From a virus (Duplodnaviria > Caudoviricetes), in the IMG/VR virus record IMGVR_UViG_3300033068_001989, positions 32,001-96,000 of that record: a stretch of 64,000 bases of DNA, one strand, 5' to 3'. This document shows, piece by piece, positions 48,266 through 58,965 of the stretch; position 1 is the stretch's first letter; every line of letters starts with the position of its first letter. The notes beneath the pieces are model-generated. The model searched no databases, was not told where the DNA came from, and worked only from the letters and a program-made list of their open reading frames with translations. Position numbers and translations under genes: made by a program.

Positions 48266-50020
48266 TTAGTAAACTAATGGAACGAATCCAATCATAGGAA
48301 TAGGTCCATTTGGACCCGGAATACCACCACGATAAATAAATTTTAATTCCAATAAATGCATAGAAAAAGAATAAGCAAGAGCTGATGCTACCATTTTAGC
48401 TGCAACACTCTTTTCATAAGGTTTATTAAATTTTTTCCCTGTATTGAAAGATCTTTTTATATTATTACCGAGCATAGTCTGACTCCCATAATATATGGGT
48501 ACGTAAAGTCCACCTTGTGGGGGAGAAAATAGTGCGGGAGGAGCTCCAGGTTCATTAGTTAGAGGTTTCTGTGCACAGGATTTCCAATAGTCAATAACTC
48601 CTTTAGCCATCACATTATATGCATCCTCCGGTTTATCCGGGTCCTCATTTTTTCTTGCTGCTTCCGCTATTTCGTTTATCCATCTTATCTTGAGTTCTCT
48701 ATATCTTTCCTCCTCCTGTGAATACTCGTTTATCTTATTGAAATCGTGTCGTGCTTTTATCCATCTAAGATTAAAAGTATTTCCACCAAAAAAATTATTA
48801 AAAGTATTGCTATAACTAGAGCTGAATATACTTTTTTTGGAATTCTTAGAGAACAATCCAACAATCTCATCGGCATATTGATAATTATCATCAAATTCCA
48901 ATTCTGTCTGATTTATTAAAGTGTCGGAATAATTTTGCTCCTTTAACATAGCTCTAAGATATCCACCATCATATTTAGAATATGTGAAATGTGTTATAAA
49001 ATTAGCAGTTAAATAATCAGGTATTTTATTTGGGTTACTTAGATGCTGATCCTGAAGAAGTTGATATGTTATATTAACAGAAGGTAAATTATCGGATATT
49101 TCTTTTATTGATATCTTTCTATTAACAGTACTTGGCATTAATTCCTTAATGAAGTTTCTATTGTACTTTTTATTAAAATAAGATACCATTATTTTCTGAA
49201 CCCCAGCAGGAGAAGACGTGACTGATAATACCCTTCCGTCTATAATATCACCCTTCCAATATCCATCATTATCGCTTCTCGATAATCTTCCCTTGTAGGT
49301 GTCACTTTTCTCATCGGTATTATCGATATTGATATCTCCACTAGTCTTATTGAAAGCATCAGACGACAGATAATTATACGTTTCGGTTTTATCTCTATAT
49401 TTAGCGTATCCTCTTACAACATCTCCAGGCTGGAGAGGTCTTGATGTTTCAATCTTTAATAGATTAATAACTTCGTCCATTATTAAATTTCCCCAATCAG
49501 AATAAGATCCGGTTCTTAAAGAATACATCCACTGAAGATATGATCCACTACCATCAAATTGATGAAGAATCTTTCTTGCTATCTCTGTTACTGCCTGCTT
49601 TTTATCGGCTGGAAAATTTGGATATTGTGAAAAGAATTGTGAATAAACGAAAGGTGGTATTGTTTCCTTATTTTCTTCAGCCCAATCTCTAAAGTCAAGG
49701 TCAACCTGGTCCGCAGCTCCTGACACGTCAATTACTGGCGGTTGTACATCAAGGTCAGCATACTCTGGGCTTGTCTTTTTTTCCTCAAATGTTAAATCTC
49801 CATTCTCATACAATATTTTAAATCCCTTCTTAAACCCATTAAACATGATATCATCCTTACCTTTTATGTGGGTTTCGTTATAAGGTGATGCTGCTTTACC
49901 TACAGTCGCAGAAATATATTCCTTTCTAAGAAAATCTGCCATTTCCTCGTAGGATCCAATAGACTGAGATGTTAATTTATCACTAACATTAGTTATGAAT
50001 GTTCCCCAATCTGCTGCCAT
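48266..50020 (-). CDS. hypothetical protein downstream of the baseplate spike
   Basis: 584-aa intact ORF; no family recognised. Confidence 0.6.
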   Translation of the reverse strand: MAADWGTFITNVSDKLTSQSIGSYEEMADFLRKEYISATVGKAASPYNETHIKGKDDIMFNGFKKGFKILYENGDLTFEEKKTSPEYADLDVQPPVIDVSGAADQVDLDFRDWAEENKETIPPFVYSQFFSQYPNFPADKKQAVTEIARKILHQFDGSGSYLQWMYSLRTGSYSDWGNLIMDEVINLLKIETSRPLQPGDVVRGYAKYRDKTETYNYLSSDAFNKTSGDINIDNTDEKSDTYKGRLSRSDNDGYWKGDIIDGRVLSVTSSPAGVQKIMVSYFNKKYNRNFIKELMPSTVNRKISIKEISDNLPSVNITYQLLQDQHLSNPNKIPDYLTANFITHFTYSKYDGGYLRAMLKEQNYSDTLINQTELEFDDNYQYADEIVGLFSKNSKKSIFSSSYSNTFNNFFGGNTFNLRWIKARHDFNKINEYSQEEERYRELKIRWINEIAEAARKNEDPDKPEDAYNVMAKGVIDYWKSCAQKPLTNEPGAPPALFSPPQGGLYVPIYYGSQTMLGNNIKRSFNTGKKFNKPYEKSVAAKMVASALAYSFSMHLLELKFIYRGGIPGPNGPIPMIGFVPLVY

Positions 50021-50023
50021 TAT

Positions 50024-50701
50024 TTATTTAGTTTTTGATACTTGGCTTAGATGTTGTGCATCTGTCATCGGTACAATTGGTGTTCCTGAAGGACCAACAC
50101 CGGTTGGGTGTGTATGTGAATTAAAATATGTTAGAAATGTGCTTCCTTTAACCAATTTTTCTACTGCGCCCTCGCCTAACTCGATATTATTACATTTAAC
50201 TATGACCTTGCTCTGCTCCATTCTTATCTCGTCCTCTCCCATCTTAACAAGTATTCTAAGCTCGCCACCATTTTGTGTATCTAATTGTACTTTAGCATCG
50301 CCCAAAGATATAACAAGCCCATTTTTTCTGGTGTATATTATCTTCAATGTTCCTGGCAGTGCTTCGCCATCATAGAGTAAAGCTTGTGTTCCTTCATATG
50401 AATTTTCTTCCTGCAACTCTTTTGCAAGATCCGGAGCTTGCTCCTTGATATAATCATATGTTATCTTATAGTAATTCTCCTCTTCGAAATGTACAGAAAC
50501 AACTGATCCCAATCTGGGTATAGATATATTACCTCCGCCATATTGAGAGCCAAAAGAAAGTCCAGAATTTTGCTCAGCCCATGGTATGTTTTCAACAGCA
50601 AGATCATCAAATAATCCAAAAACTGCAACTCTTGCTCTCCCTTGTTTAAGTGGGTCATTAATATCTACTATTTCACCAAGGTAGGTTTTTTCACTAGGCA
50701 T
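50024..50701 (-). CDS. baseplate central spike, gp5/gpV-like
   Basis: OB-fold DINDPLKQGRARV...IPWA...IPRLGSVVSVHF; metal-binding tip FNSHTHPTGVGPSG; no lysozyme domain. Confidence 0.88.
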   Translation of the reverse strand: MPSEKTYLGEIVDINDPLKQGRARVAVFGLFDDLAVENIPWAEQNSGLSFGSQYGGGNISIPRLGSVVSVHFEEENYYKITYDYIKEQAPDLAKELQEENSYEGTQALLYDGEALPGTLKIIYTRKNGLVISLGDAKVQLDTQNGGELRILVKMGEDEIRMEQSKVIVKCNNIELGEGAVEKLVKGSTFLTYFNSHTHPTGVGPSGTPIVPMTDAQHLSQVSKTK

Positions 50702-50703
50702 AA

Positions 50704-53085
50704 TTATACAAAATCATTTTTATCGGAATTAAATCCATCAGTACTTATATTATATTTATCTGTCGGTTTTAGGTTCCCAAGGTTTAATGGTTTTTCAACA
50801 GAAAAATCACCGCTTGTTGGCGGATATACTTTATCCATATCTCCTCTTGATATAGTATTAGTGTTAATTGGAGGACTATTATATACGCTTCCAGGCTGCT
50901 GCTGGAAATTGCTATTTGTATTTATTTGCTGTCCATTATCAGAAACTACTCCTTGATTTGGATAGACATTCTCGTTTACACCACTATAGACTCTAGCAGG
51001 AGAACCAAGATCAAGACCCGGCGAAGTTGGATACTCGTCACCCATCGGAGCAGTGTATATTCTATCTGGCACACCTAAATCAGGACCAGGTGAGGTTGGA
51101 TACTCGTCACCTCCAGGAGCAGGGTATATTCTAGAGGGAGCACCTAAATCAGGACCAGGTGAGGTCGGATACTCGTCGCCTCCTGGAGCAGGATAAACAC
51201 GATCGGGAGTACCAAGATCAGGACCAGGTGAGGTTGGATACTCGTCACCTCCTGGAGCAGGATAAATACGATCGGGAGCACCAAGATCAGGACCAGGTGA
51301 GGTTGGATACTCGTCACCACTAGGAGCAGGGTATATTCTATCGGGTACACCTAAATCAGGACCTGGCGAAGTTGGATATTCATCACCACCTGGAGCAGGA
51401 TAAACTCTATCGGGTACACCTAAATCAGGACCTGGTGAAGTTGGATACTCGTCACCTCCTGGAGCAGGATAAACCCTGCTAGGTAAACCTAGATCAGGAC
51501 CTGGAGAAGTTGGATATACATCTCCACCTGGAGCAGGATAAACTCTATCGGGTACACCTAAATCAGGACCTGGAGAAGTTGGATATGAATCCCCACCAGG
51601 AGTGGAATAAACTCTATTTGGTGGTCCTCCTAATCCCATACTTTGTGGATTTGGTAGGGTAGTTTTACTCAATCCTATATTGGCACCTCCTAATTGGGAA
51701 AGAAAATCTTGAGCACTATTAAATGAAAGATTTGATAACAATTGGCTAGGATTGAAACTGTAAGCATTACCAAGAACAGCCTTATCTAAACCTGCTACAT
51801 TTTTTGCTAAATTTGCTACTCCCTCATTTATAAGATCGTTCAATGAATTACTAACAAAATTAGTTAATAATTCACCGCCTAAACTTAATATGTCATTTCT
51901 ATCATCCGTTGGATTAGCCTGAACCGATGATCTAGCACCATCCCAGCTGTCACCCAATACCAATGGCTTACCATCAAGTCTTATGTTCGGGTATTGATTT
52001 CTCATTCTTACTCTACCCACATGAATTTTAAATTTCTGTGATTCTGGAGTTGCTGATCCAGATGCACTACCAGCAGAAAGTTCACTTTGTATAGGTGTAC
52101 TCTCGCTAAAATCAAACTCACAATTCTTACATTCGAATACAAGCATAGGTTTTATGCCAGATTGATCTTGCTGATCCTTTAGTAGTGAAAAATCATTATC
52201 AAGTCCAGCCTGATTGAATATATTACCAACAAAAGAATTGAAAGAACTAGCAGGATTAATACTACTTGAACTTCCACTACTGAAATTACCATTTTGCTGA
52301 CTCGCAACATCCGATGCTGCAGCAATGCTGCTTCCTGGATTATTACCAGAACCAAGAAGTGTTGATAGATTATCTATTGTAGTTAAAGCTGTAGATGAAC
52401 CCAATAGTCTAGACGTTTTAAAAAAGTTTCTTATCTCAGAAACAAATATGTACATAGTAAACTTTCTAAGATTTCTAGGTACCAATTCCCTCATGAAATC
52501 ATAATCAAATGTTGCTTGATTATAAAGATCTGCAAGAGCAGTTACTCTAAGGTTCATAGACTCCAGAGTATTAAATGTTAATGTCTTTCCCGCCGTTCTC
52601 TGTACATTGAAAGTTGAAGCTGCTTCTGTCTGTGTTTGATATCCACCTCTTGGAACCTTCATAAGTTCATCCAATCCACTTATAGACTGTATGAACCATG
52701 GAGAATTCGTTAAGAGGTCGTTAAAGGTTACTTTAAATTGTCTAAGCATGTCTGCTCTTTTCCCACCATAAGGAAAACTGATTTCTCTCTCCGTTAAATA
52801 ACCAACAGCGCTATAGTAGCTAATAGCTCTCTGTGTTCTAAATTCATATTGTGGTTGACCAAAGGGATTAGTAGCAAAAAAACTATTTCCCGCGCCTATC
52901 TCATAATTAGTATCTCTAAATAAAGGACTTGGTGGTAATCCATCCTCAGGATTTATTGGCAATGTACCGAAATCTATAACAATCTTGAAACCAAGATATG
53001 TTGGATCTTCGTATTGCCCCTGTTTAGAAAGTTTAAATCCTTTAAGAAATAGACTCCTTTGTTTATCTGTTGCTCCTAATGACAT
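50704..53085 (-). CDS. baseplate/tail-associated protein with C-terminal Pro-Gly-Tyr tandem repeat
   Basis: Lies between the hub-like and spike genes; globular N-terminus, repetitive C-terminus. Confidence 0.6.
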   Translation of the reverse strand: MSLGATDKQRSLFLKGFKLSKQGQYEDPTYLGFKIVIDFGTLPINPEDGLPPSPLFRDTNYEIGAGNSFFATNPFGQPQYEFRTQRAISYYSAVGYLTEREISFPYGGKRADMLRQFKVTFNDLLTNSPWFIQSISGLDELMKVPRGGYQTQTEAASTFNVQRTAGKTLTFNTLESMNLRVTALADLYNQATFDYDFMRELVPRNLRKFTMYIFVSEIRNFFKTSRLLGSSTALTTIDNLSTLLGSGNNPGSSIAAASDVASQQNGNFSSGSSSSINPASSFNSFVGNIFNQAGLDNDFSLLKDQQDQSGIKPMLVFECKNCEFDFSESTPIQSELSAGSASGSATPESQKFKIHVGRVRMRNQYPNIRLDGKPLVLGDSWDGARSSVQANPTDDRNDILSLGGELLTNFVSNSLNDLINEGVANLAKNVAGLDKAVLGNAYSFNPSQLLSNLSFNSAQDFLSQLGGANIGLSKTTLPNPQSMGLGGPPNRVYSTPGGDSYPTSPGPDLGVPDRVYPAPGGDVYPTSPGPDLGLPSRVYPAPGGDEYPTSPGPDLGVPDRVYPAPGGDEYPTSPGPDLGVPDRIYPAPSGDEYPTSPGPDLGAPDRIYPAPGGDEYPTSPGPDLGTPDRVYPAPGGDEYPTSPGPDLGAPSRIYPAPGGDEYPTSPGPDLGVPDRIYTAPMGDEYPTSPGLDLGSPARVYSGVNENVYPNQGVVSDNGQQINTNSNFQQQPGSVYNSPPINTNTISRGDMDKVYPPTSGDFSVEKPLNLGNLKPTDKYNISTDGFNSDKNDFV
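50995..51615 (-). repeat. 9 x 69-bp in-frame tandem repeat (RVYPAPGGDEYPTSPGPDLGVPD)
   Basis: Nine 23-aa units counted in the translation; many synonymous differences between units. Confidence 0.95.
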
Positions 53086-53101
53086 TATATTATGTTATTT
53101 T

Positions 53102-54643
53102 TTATTTATTAAGTACACTATTAGGGAAGGATCTCGGGGTTGCACCTGATGAATTAGCTTGCCAAGTCCTCTTGCACAATATCAATTTCTCCCTCATAGC
53201 ACCAGTAGGTGTCCAATATACCTCCATACCCATAACAACATAATTACCAGAAAGGAATGAATCCAGTGTTGGTTGATTTGTGTTATTTGCTTTATTGTTT
53301 GGTGTCTGTCCGACATTTTGTTGTCTGTTACCTCCCTTAGTAACATAAATTGCAACAGGTATAACTTGACCTCTTATTATACCAGGATAATAAGATGATA
53401 ATTCAACCTCTAATGTTAATTTAGTTACATCGTTAATATTTATCAAATTTTGATACTTTGAATGTAGATAATTCTGGTGAACCCCAGATCCATCAGCAAA
53501 TCTATCAAGAACACCAAGCCATTCAGTTCTGGTTTCGTCCTTATATGAATCACTTCTTACTCTACCCTTCTGTAACATGGTTCCAGTTGAAACGTTATCT
53601 GTTGTTATTGATTCTATATCATACTTTACATACTTTTTCTTTGGCTCCCCTGGTTGTTCTATATCATCATAAAATCCTATATTCGTTATATAGCCCATAT
53701 TATTTGAGTTATCACCAGCTCTTGATGTAAGCGTATAGCCATTTATAAAAAATGGGGTTATACCAGATCCCATATAGTTAGTCAGTACTAAAGGGACCGA
53801 TGTCATCTTCGGAGTTGCAGTTCCAGGTATAGCAGCATCGGTTTTTGGATTTTTCGTTCCGTATCCAGGAGTAAAATAACCAACCTCTGTTGACTGGCCT
53901 TCGAAAGCAAATTGGGTTCCTAGATTTACAAAATTCAAATTATAATATGAATCAATCCAACAGTCATAGAAACTAGTCTCATCATCTTTATATGCTCTAA
54001 CCGATACCTCCTGTATAAAGTCATAATACGAATAGTTTGGACATATCCAAGACATTATATCGTTTGTTGATTTATCGTTCGTAGAAAAGCCTAAATTGAT
54101 GTCCTGCGACACTTCTAATAATGCATCTATGGATGGCATATTCGGAAATGCCTTTATTCTCTGTTTATATAGTCCAGGAATGTAGCATTCAGCAACAACA
54201 TTAAATCTAAAATTTTCGCCTTCCGGATCGCTACCATTCTCTGAATATGCGCTTGATACATCACCAACGACATTCAATATTAAAAAATCCATTCTGAAAG
54301 GCTTATAGTAGTTATCTGTAGATCTTATATAAACAGAAACTATATCACCATCTTTAGGATAATTTACAGACATAAATATTGTATCAGCAGCGGAAAAAGT
54401 AAATCTAACAACAGGAAGAAATCCAGAAAGATCAAGATTGAAATTTCTCATAAATCTTGAAACGTTATATCCGTTTATTGAAACATAAGGGGAATTTAGA
54501 CCCGTCGATTTCTCCTCAGATGCTCCGGTCTCTCTAAGTACATTAGCATCGCTAGATCCATTAGCATTATCAACCTTAACCAATTCATCAAGCTTAATGT
54601 TATTTATAGCTATCGAATTTATCTTTATATCCTTTTCAGTCAT
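53102..54643 (-). CDS. baseplate hub-like protein (gp27/late-control-D fold)
   Basis: C-terminal LEVEL...PGIIRGQVIPV...FLSGNYVVMGMEVYW...KLILCKR pattern of hub proteins; lies between the gp53-like and gp5-like genes. Confidence 0.6.
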   Translation of the reverse strand: MTEKDIKINSIAINNIKLDELVKVDNANGSSDANVLRETGASEEKSTGLNSPYVSINGYNVSRFMRNFNLDLSGFLPVVRFTFSAADTIFMSVNYPKDGDIVSVYIRSTDNYYKPFRMDFLILNVVGDVSSAYSENGSDPEGENFRFNVVAECYIPGLYKQRIKAFPNMPSIDALLEVSQDINLGFSTNDKSTNDIMSWICPNYSYYDFIQEVSVRAYKDDETSFYDCWIDSYYNLNFVNLGTQFAFEGQSTEVGYFTPGYGTKNPKTDAAIPGTATPKMTSVPLVLTNYMGSGITPFFINGYTLTSRAGDNSNNMGYITNIGFYDDIEQPGEPKKKYVKYDIESITTDNVSTGTMLQKGRVRSDSYKDETRTEWLGVLDRFADGSGVHQNYLHSKYQNLININDVTKLTLEVELSSYYPGIIRGQVIPVAIYVTKGGNRQQNVGQTPNNKANNTNQPTLDSFLSGNYVVMGMEVYWTPTGAMREKLILCKRTWQANSSGATPRSFPNSVLNK

Positions 54644-54645
54644 TA

Positions 54646-55239
54646 TTAATCAATAGGTTTATTAAATCCACCTCCACCTGCACTAGGTGCAAATATTAGG
54701 AATCCATTTTCTTTCATTATGGTTTTATCGTCAGGTTGCATCACATTAGGAGGTAAAACAATATTTGGTTGATTTTTAACTTTCTGTTCAAGGAATTTTC
54801 TTCTAGCGTCACTTACCTTAAATTTTTTGCTCTCCTGATTTTTTTTAAATACTGTATTCTGATTCGTGTTTGTATTATTGTTAGCTGAAGCTTGAGATTG
54901 ACTTATAATTTTTTTACTATTAAAAGAATCATCGATCGATTTAGAATTTGGTATAAGAAGAATATTTCCCTCCATTACTGCAAATGGATTACTTATACTA
55001 TTGAACTTCAAAAGTGATCCTACTCTTCCGTGATCTCCATATTTTATAGCAGCTATTAAATCAGGTCTCATCTGATAATATTCAGTAACAACAAAAAAAT
55101 CATCAAGAGCAATTCCACTATTATAATCAACAGAGGACTGTGTAAGGTTCCATATACCATATCCAGGTTTATTGTTAATTGGATCTGGATTGAATATGCT
55201 TTTATTTTTCGATATGGTATCTATAAGAAAATTTGACAT
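54646..55239 (-). CDS. baseplate wedge gp53-like / LysM-like protein
   Basis: MRPDLIAAIKYGD...LLKFNSISNPF...GNILLIP. Confidence 0.75.
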   Translation of the reverse strand: MSNFLIDTISKNKSIFNPDPINNKPGYGIWNLTQSSVDYNSGIALDDFFVVTEYYQMRPDLIAAIKYGDHGRVGSLLKFNSISNPFAVMEGNILLIPNSKSIDDSFNSKKIISQSQASANNNTNTNQNTVFKKNQESKKFKVSDARRKFLEQKVKNQPNIVLPPNVMQPDDKTIMKENGFLIFAPSAGGGGFNKPID

Positions 55240-55254
55240 TTTATATATTTTATT

Positions 55255-57102
55255 TTATCTTCCAGGTGAAGCCTGATTGTTTGCTGATGTACCATACGAT
55301 TCCTGGTTGAAAACACTAGTAACAGCATTCTTAAGTGTTTTACCATCAACAGTAGCAATAGCATCATATGACTGTGCATTAGCTGTTGTTGGCATTGATG
55401 ATTGATACAACCTACCGTCACCTCTATTAAAAATACTTTCTATCTCGCCTCTTTCTCTATCCCTACCATGCTTTAATGTGAATACCGCTTTAAGCGAAGT
55501 TGGGAAATCATCAGGACCAAGAGCCTCACCGAAATCAATTTTAACACCCTCGCATATAAGATTTCCAATCATTGCTATGGGATTACATGGATTACCTACA
55601 ACTAAATGCCATTCCCCTATGGGTGCACCAGTTAAAAGACTGGCAGGAAATTGATATGCTTCAAAAAAAGAAGGAGTAAGTGCTGTCTTCAGTAATCTAC
55701 CAGCGGAAGACCCAAACAATTCCTTCATTTCTTTAACAGCTGCACCAAGATTACCACTAGCCTGTTTGGTTATTACATTCATAGAATTCTTTAACTCATC
55801 AGCATCACCAAAAGATCCCTTATTAGGATCACCTGCTGCAGTCTTTGCACTGTCTACTGGATTAACCAATTGTTCAGCATAATCTATTATAAATTGAATT
55901 GGATCCTTATAGAACATTTCTAGACCTTTATTTCCACCAGGGAATCCAAAAGCTGGGAAATTTGAATTATATCTAAAATCCGGAGTTAAGAAAGAACCGT
56001 AATTTGTACCTATACTAAGAAGATTACCCATTATATCAAGCATGGATGCTTTTGTATTAACCTCTCCAACTGATGTTAGATCATATTCAAATGTAACTGA
56101 TATAGATCCAGAGTTCCCCCAGCTGAATGGTAGACCAACACCTCTAAAATGTGTAGAGCTAACAACGTCAACAGATGTCCAGATGTATTCACTGAAAAGA
56201 CCAGCACCCTTGCTAGGATCCTTCATCATATCCCTCATCTTCATATATTTAGTATTCTCAAGACTCGTATTATTAGGATCCGAAGCTATCGCAACAGCAT
56301 TAGCTATAGCCTTTATGTTTTTTGCAGCTTCACCATCACCTATTCCATTTAATACATCACCAAGTATTCTGGATGTATCATCAAGAAATCCCTGAGACAT
56401 AGATTGCTGTATTAAAGTTGGATCTTGTTCCTTATTTGTCCATTTTATACCAGTACTAAATGATAAGAGTTCGCTTAATTTATTACCAGTATTTCCACCA
56501 AACCAAGTTACCGCTTGTGCAACAGGTCTACCAACACCTTCAACGTTATAAGCTCCGGAAGATTTAAGTGCACCTGGAACAGATAGATTATCCAGAACAG
56601 GAGTCGGGAATCTTCTTAAAGTTATCATATAGTTATTAGGAATAGTTGCGTAGTATTTGCAGAATAGGAAGTCTTTCCAATAATATGGAGCTGCCATACC
56701 ACCAACTATGCTTTTCTCAAAAGCTGATGTGAATCCATTCAATATACTATCACAGTTAGCAACTATAGCTTCAAGTGCAAATGTTTCTCTAACCAGATGC
56801 CCAGCTGATGGGTTCTTCGATTTTCTGGATGATATTGATCTATTATACTCTCTGTTTTCAGATCTATAATAGGCATCGATAAAATTGTTTTCGTGATTAC
56901 CAAGCGAATAGAATAGAAATTGTCCGTATTTACCGGGTCTTCTTTTTCCTGCTTCATAGAATAGGGTTCTTGCTGTTGGCCCTTTAAATACATTACTGGA
57001 ACCTATGTTACTCCATCTCTGTACAAGGTCATTTATTATTCCCTTGCCTCTTAATTCCTCAAGAGAAGGAGCACTAGTACCATCATTAATTGTTGTAGGC
57101 AT
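55255..57102 (-). CDS. putative baseplate/tail-tube initiator protein
   Basis: 615 aa at the start of the baseplate-hub cassette; C-terminal WHLVVGNP...GNLICEGVKIDF...FPTSLKAVFTLKH is tube-initiator-like. Confidence 0.45.
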   Translation of the reverse strand: MPTTINDGTSAPSLEELRGKGIINDLVQRWSNIGSSNVFKGPTARTLFYEAGKRRPGKYGQFLFYSLGNHENNFIDAYYRSENREYNRSISSRKSKNPSAGHLVRETFALEAIVANCDSILNGFTSAFEKSIVGGMAAPYYWKDFLFCKYYATIPNNYMITLRRFPTPVLDNLSVPGALKSSGAYNVEGVGRPVAQAVTWFGGNTGNKLSELLSFSTGIKWTNKEQDPTLIQQSMSQGFLDDTSRILGDVLNGIGDGEAAKNIKAIANAVAIASDPNNTSLENTKYMKMRDMMKDPSKGAGLFSEYIWTSVDVVSSTHFRGVGLPFSWGNSGSISVTFEYDLTSVGEVNTKASMLDIMGNLLSIGTNYGSFLTPDFRYNSNFPAFGFPGGNKGLEMFYKDPIQFIIDYAEQLVNPVDSAKTAAGDPNKGSFGDADELKNSMNVITKQASGNLGAAVKEMKELFGSSAGRLLKTALTPSFFEAYQFPASLLTGAPIGEWHLVVGNPCNPIAMIGNLICEGVKIDFGEALGPDDFPTSLKAVFTLKHGRDRERGEIESIFNRGDGRLYQSSMPTTANAQSYDAIATVDGKTLKNAVTSVFNQESYGTSANNQASPGR

Positions 57103-57119
57103 TATTCATAATCTTTTTT

Positions 57120-57464
57120 TTAAAGATCGTGAATAGTATATTGTATTTCCTCAGGATGTTCGTCCAATAGATTCTCAAGATTTTCAGTAAAATCTTGATT
57201 TATATTCTTATAGCACACAAGTATACCATCACACTTTGTACTATATATTCCTTGTAGTATTTTCTTTCGAATAGTGTAGTTTATTACAAACTCAGATTCT
57301 CTAGTTAGATTATCAAGTTCATATCCCAGATCTCTTATTATTTTGGAGATATCCACGACATAAAAATCAGAACCTACAGTGGATCTCTTTTTTGCCTCCT
57401 TGGGAGAATATTTAGATAGATAGATTTTTACTTTAATCTCTTGCATTATTATCATTTGATTCAA
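57120..57464 (-). CDS. hypothetical protein
   Basis: ORF track; the true start may be MQEIK at 57446. Confidence 0.55.
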   Translation of the reverse strand: MNQMIIMQEIKVKIYLSKYSPKEAKKRSTVGSDFYVVDISKIIRDLGYELDNLTRESEFVINYTIRKKILQGIYSTKCDGILVCYKNINQDFTENLENLLDEHPEEIQYTIHDL

Positions 57465-57723
57465 AACTATCCCAATCTTTCTTCATTAGCATAGATTGGA
57501 AGGAAGAATACTCAGATTCTTGCTGTCTATATATGAAGAAATCATTTTCAGATTCCGTTTTATTTTCTTTTTGTATCTGATCATTCTTAACCATTTGAAG
57601 ATGTAGTCTATGCTTATTTTTTCCATCCTCTAGTTTTCCTTTATTATCAAATATATCTTTCTTTTCTACGTTTAATAATCCCATAGATCTTAAAATCTGT
57701 CTTCTCTGTCTTCTATTACTCAT
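57433..57723 (-). CDS. hypothetical basic protein
   Basis: 96 aa with N-terminal NRRQRR. Confidence 0.6.
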   Translation of the reverse strand: MSNRRQRRQILRSMGLLNVEKKDIFDNKGKLEDGKNKHRLHLQMVKNDQIQKENKTESENDFFIYRQQESEYSSFQSMLMKKDWDSFESNDNNARD

Positions 57724-57734
57724 AAATATAAATA

Positions 57735-58319
57735 TTAAAGTTCAACGTCCTTAAATCCACTCTCTGCTCCAAAAACTGAATCCTCTCTATTATATAAATC
57801 CATACCAACGACAAACTTAAATAATTTTAGAAAAAGCCCAGGAATAAATATATCCTTTGCCTTAACAACGTCATTCGCTGGGATAAAGTGAAAAATTGCT
57901 TCACTTTCCTGCTTAGATCCATCACCTTCTGCCTTTCCTTTTTCGATACCAGTAACATCAACGGCGAAAGCAGGATATTCTTTATCAACGAATTTGTTGC
58001 CAGATACTGTTCCAAGAAAATACCATTTATTATTATCAGAAACATCATAACCAGATTCCTCTAATAATTCTCTCTTAGCAGTTGCCAAGTAATCAGGATC
58101 TTCCTCATCGCAAGTTCCAGTTATTAAACTTTGCGTATTTCCACCATCCCTAAAAAGATTTTTTTCTTTAAGTACACCTATCATTAGTGGTAGTCCCTGA
58201 TCGTCGCTTATAAAAGGTAATATCATCACGGTTTCAACCCTAGAAACGATACCAGGTTTATCCTCTCTTTCAACAACGTCAAATTTGGGTGTTTCTAGTA
58301 GTATTTTTTCCTTATTCAT
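57735..58319 (-). CDS. Nudix hydrolase
   Basis: Nudix box GTCDEEDPDYLATAKRELLEESGY. Confidence 0.85.
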   Translation of the reverse strand: MNKEKILLETPKFDVVEREDKPGIVSRVETVMILPFISDDQGLPLMIGVLKEKNLFRDGGNTQSLITGTCDEEDPDYLATAKRELLEESGYDVSDNNKWYFLGTVSGNKFVDKEYPAFAVDVTGIEKGKAEGDGSKQESEAIFHFIPANDVVKAKDIFIPGLFLKLFKFVVGMDLYNREDSVFGAESGFKDVEL

Positions 58320-58965
58320 TATTATCTTTTTTATTTGATTGTGACTTATTAACTTTTACTGTCTCCTTTTTCTCAGAAACATAATACGTCTTTTTTATTG
58401 AATCCGCAAGTGATGCTTTTATATCATCTATATCAACACCAGAAAGAACGAAATCTATTATATCTTTTTCTGCATCCTCGAAAGAACTTGACAAAACACC
58501 ATAAAGTTCCTTAGATGGTAAATTGAGTTTAAGTTTTATCGAAACCTCAACCGAATTTTTTTTCTGCTTCTTGAGCAACTTATATATCGGAGATTCGTCA
58601 GATTCACTTTTGACTGGAATTTCATCATAAACAATTGACGTTACACTGGAAGGTTTTGGAATCTCTGTGAATTCCGCGCTTATACCAAGGTCTTGTTTTG
58701 GTGGTGCTGGGTAATACATTAGAAATTCATCAATAAGATTGACATTCATCCTCTTTCCGCTAGTAAATTCAATAAAATAGGAATCGCCAGAATGTGCAAC
58801 ATTCTTATATGTCTCAATCGCTCCGATATCATCACCTTTAATCCATTGGAATTCCATATTTTTATAAGTATCTATTACTTCATCGATACTATTAATTTCA
58901 GCTAGATTCATTCTTTTTGGTTTTTTATTTTTTGAAGAAAAAAATTTTTTAATACTTGATATCAT
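58312..58965 (-). CDS. hypothetical protein
   Basis: 217-aa ORF whose stop overlaps the Nudix start. Confidence 0.65.
   Translation of the reverse strand: MISSIKKFFSSKNKKPKRMNLAEINSIDEVIDTYKNMEFQWIKGDDIGAIETYKNVAHSGDSYFIEFTSGKRMNVNLIDEFLMYYPAPPKQDLGISAEFTEIPKPSSVTSIVYDEIPVKSESDESPIYKLLKKQKKNSVEVSIKLKLNLPSKELYGVLSSSFEDAEKDIIDFVLSGVDIDDIKASLADSIKKTYYVSEKKETVKVNKSQSNKKDNNE

Noticed and set aside
50995-51615. 69-bp periodic array as a CRISPR array
   Set aside because: No unique spacers; the units are in-frame coding repeats with synonymous variation; no cas genes in the window.
50995-51615. YPTSP resemblance to the RNA polymerase II CTD heptad YSPTSPS
   Set aside because: The period is 23 rather than 7, the match is only partial, and the context is a phage baseplate; most likely coincidence.
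57735-58319. Nudix hydrolase as an anti-defence (NAD/ADPR-signal) enzyme
   Set aside because: Nothing in the sequence or neighbourhood specifies the substrate; Nudix genes are common in large phages.
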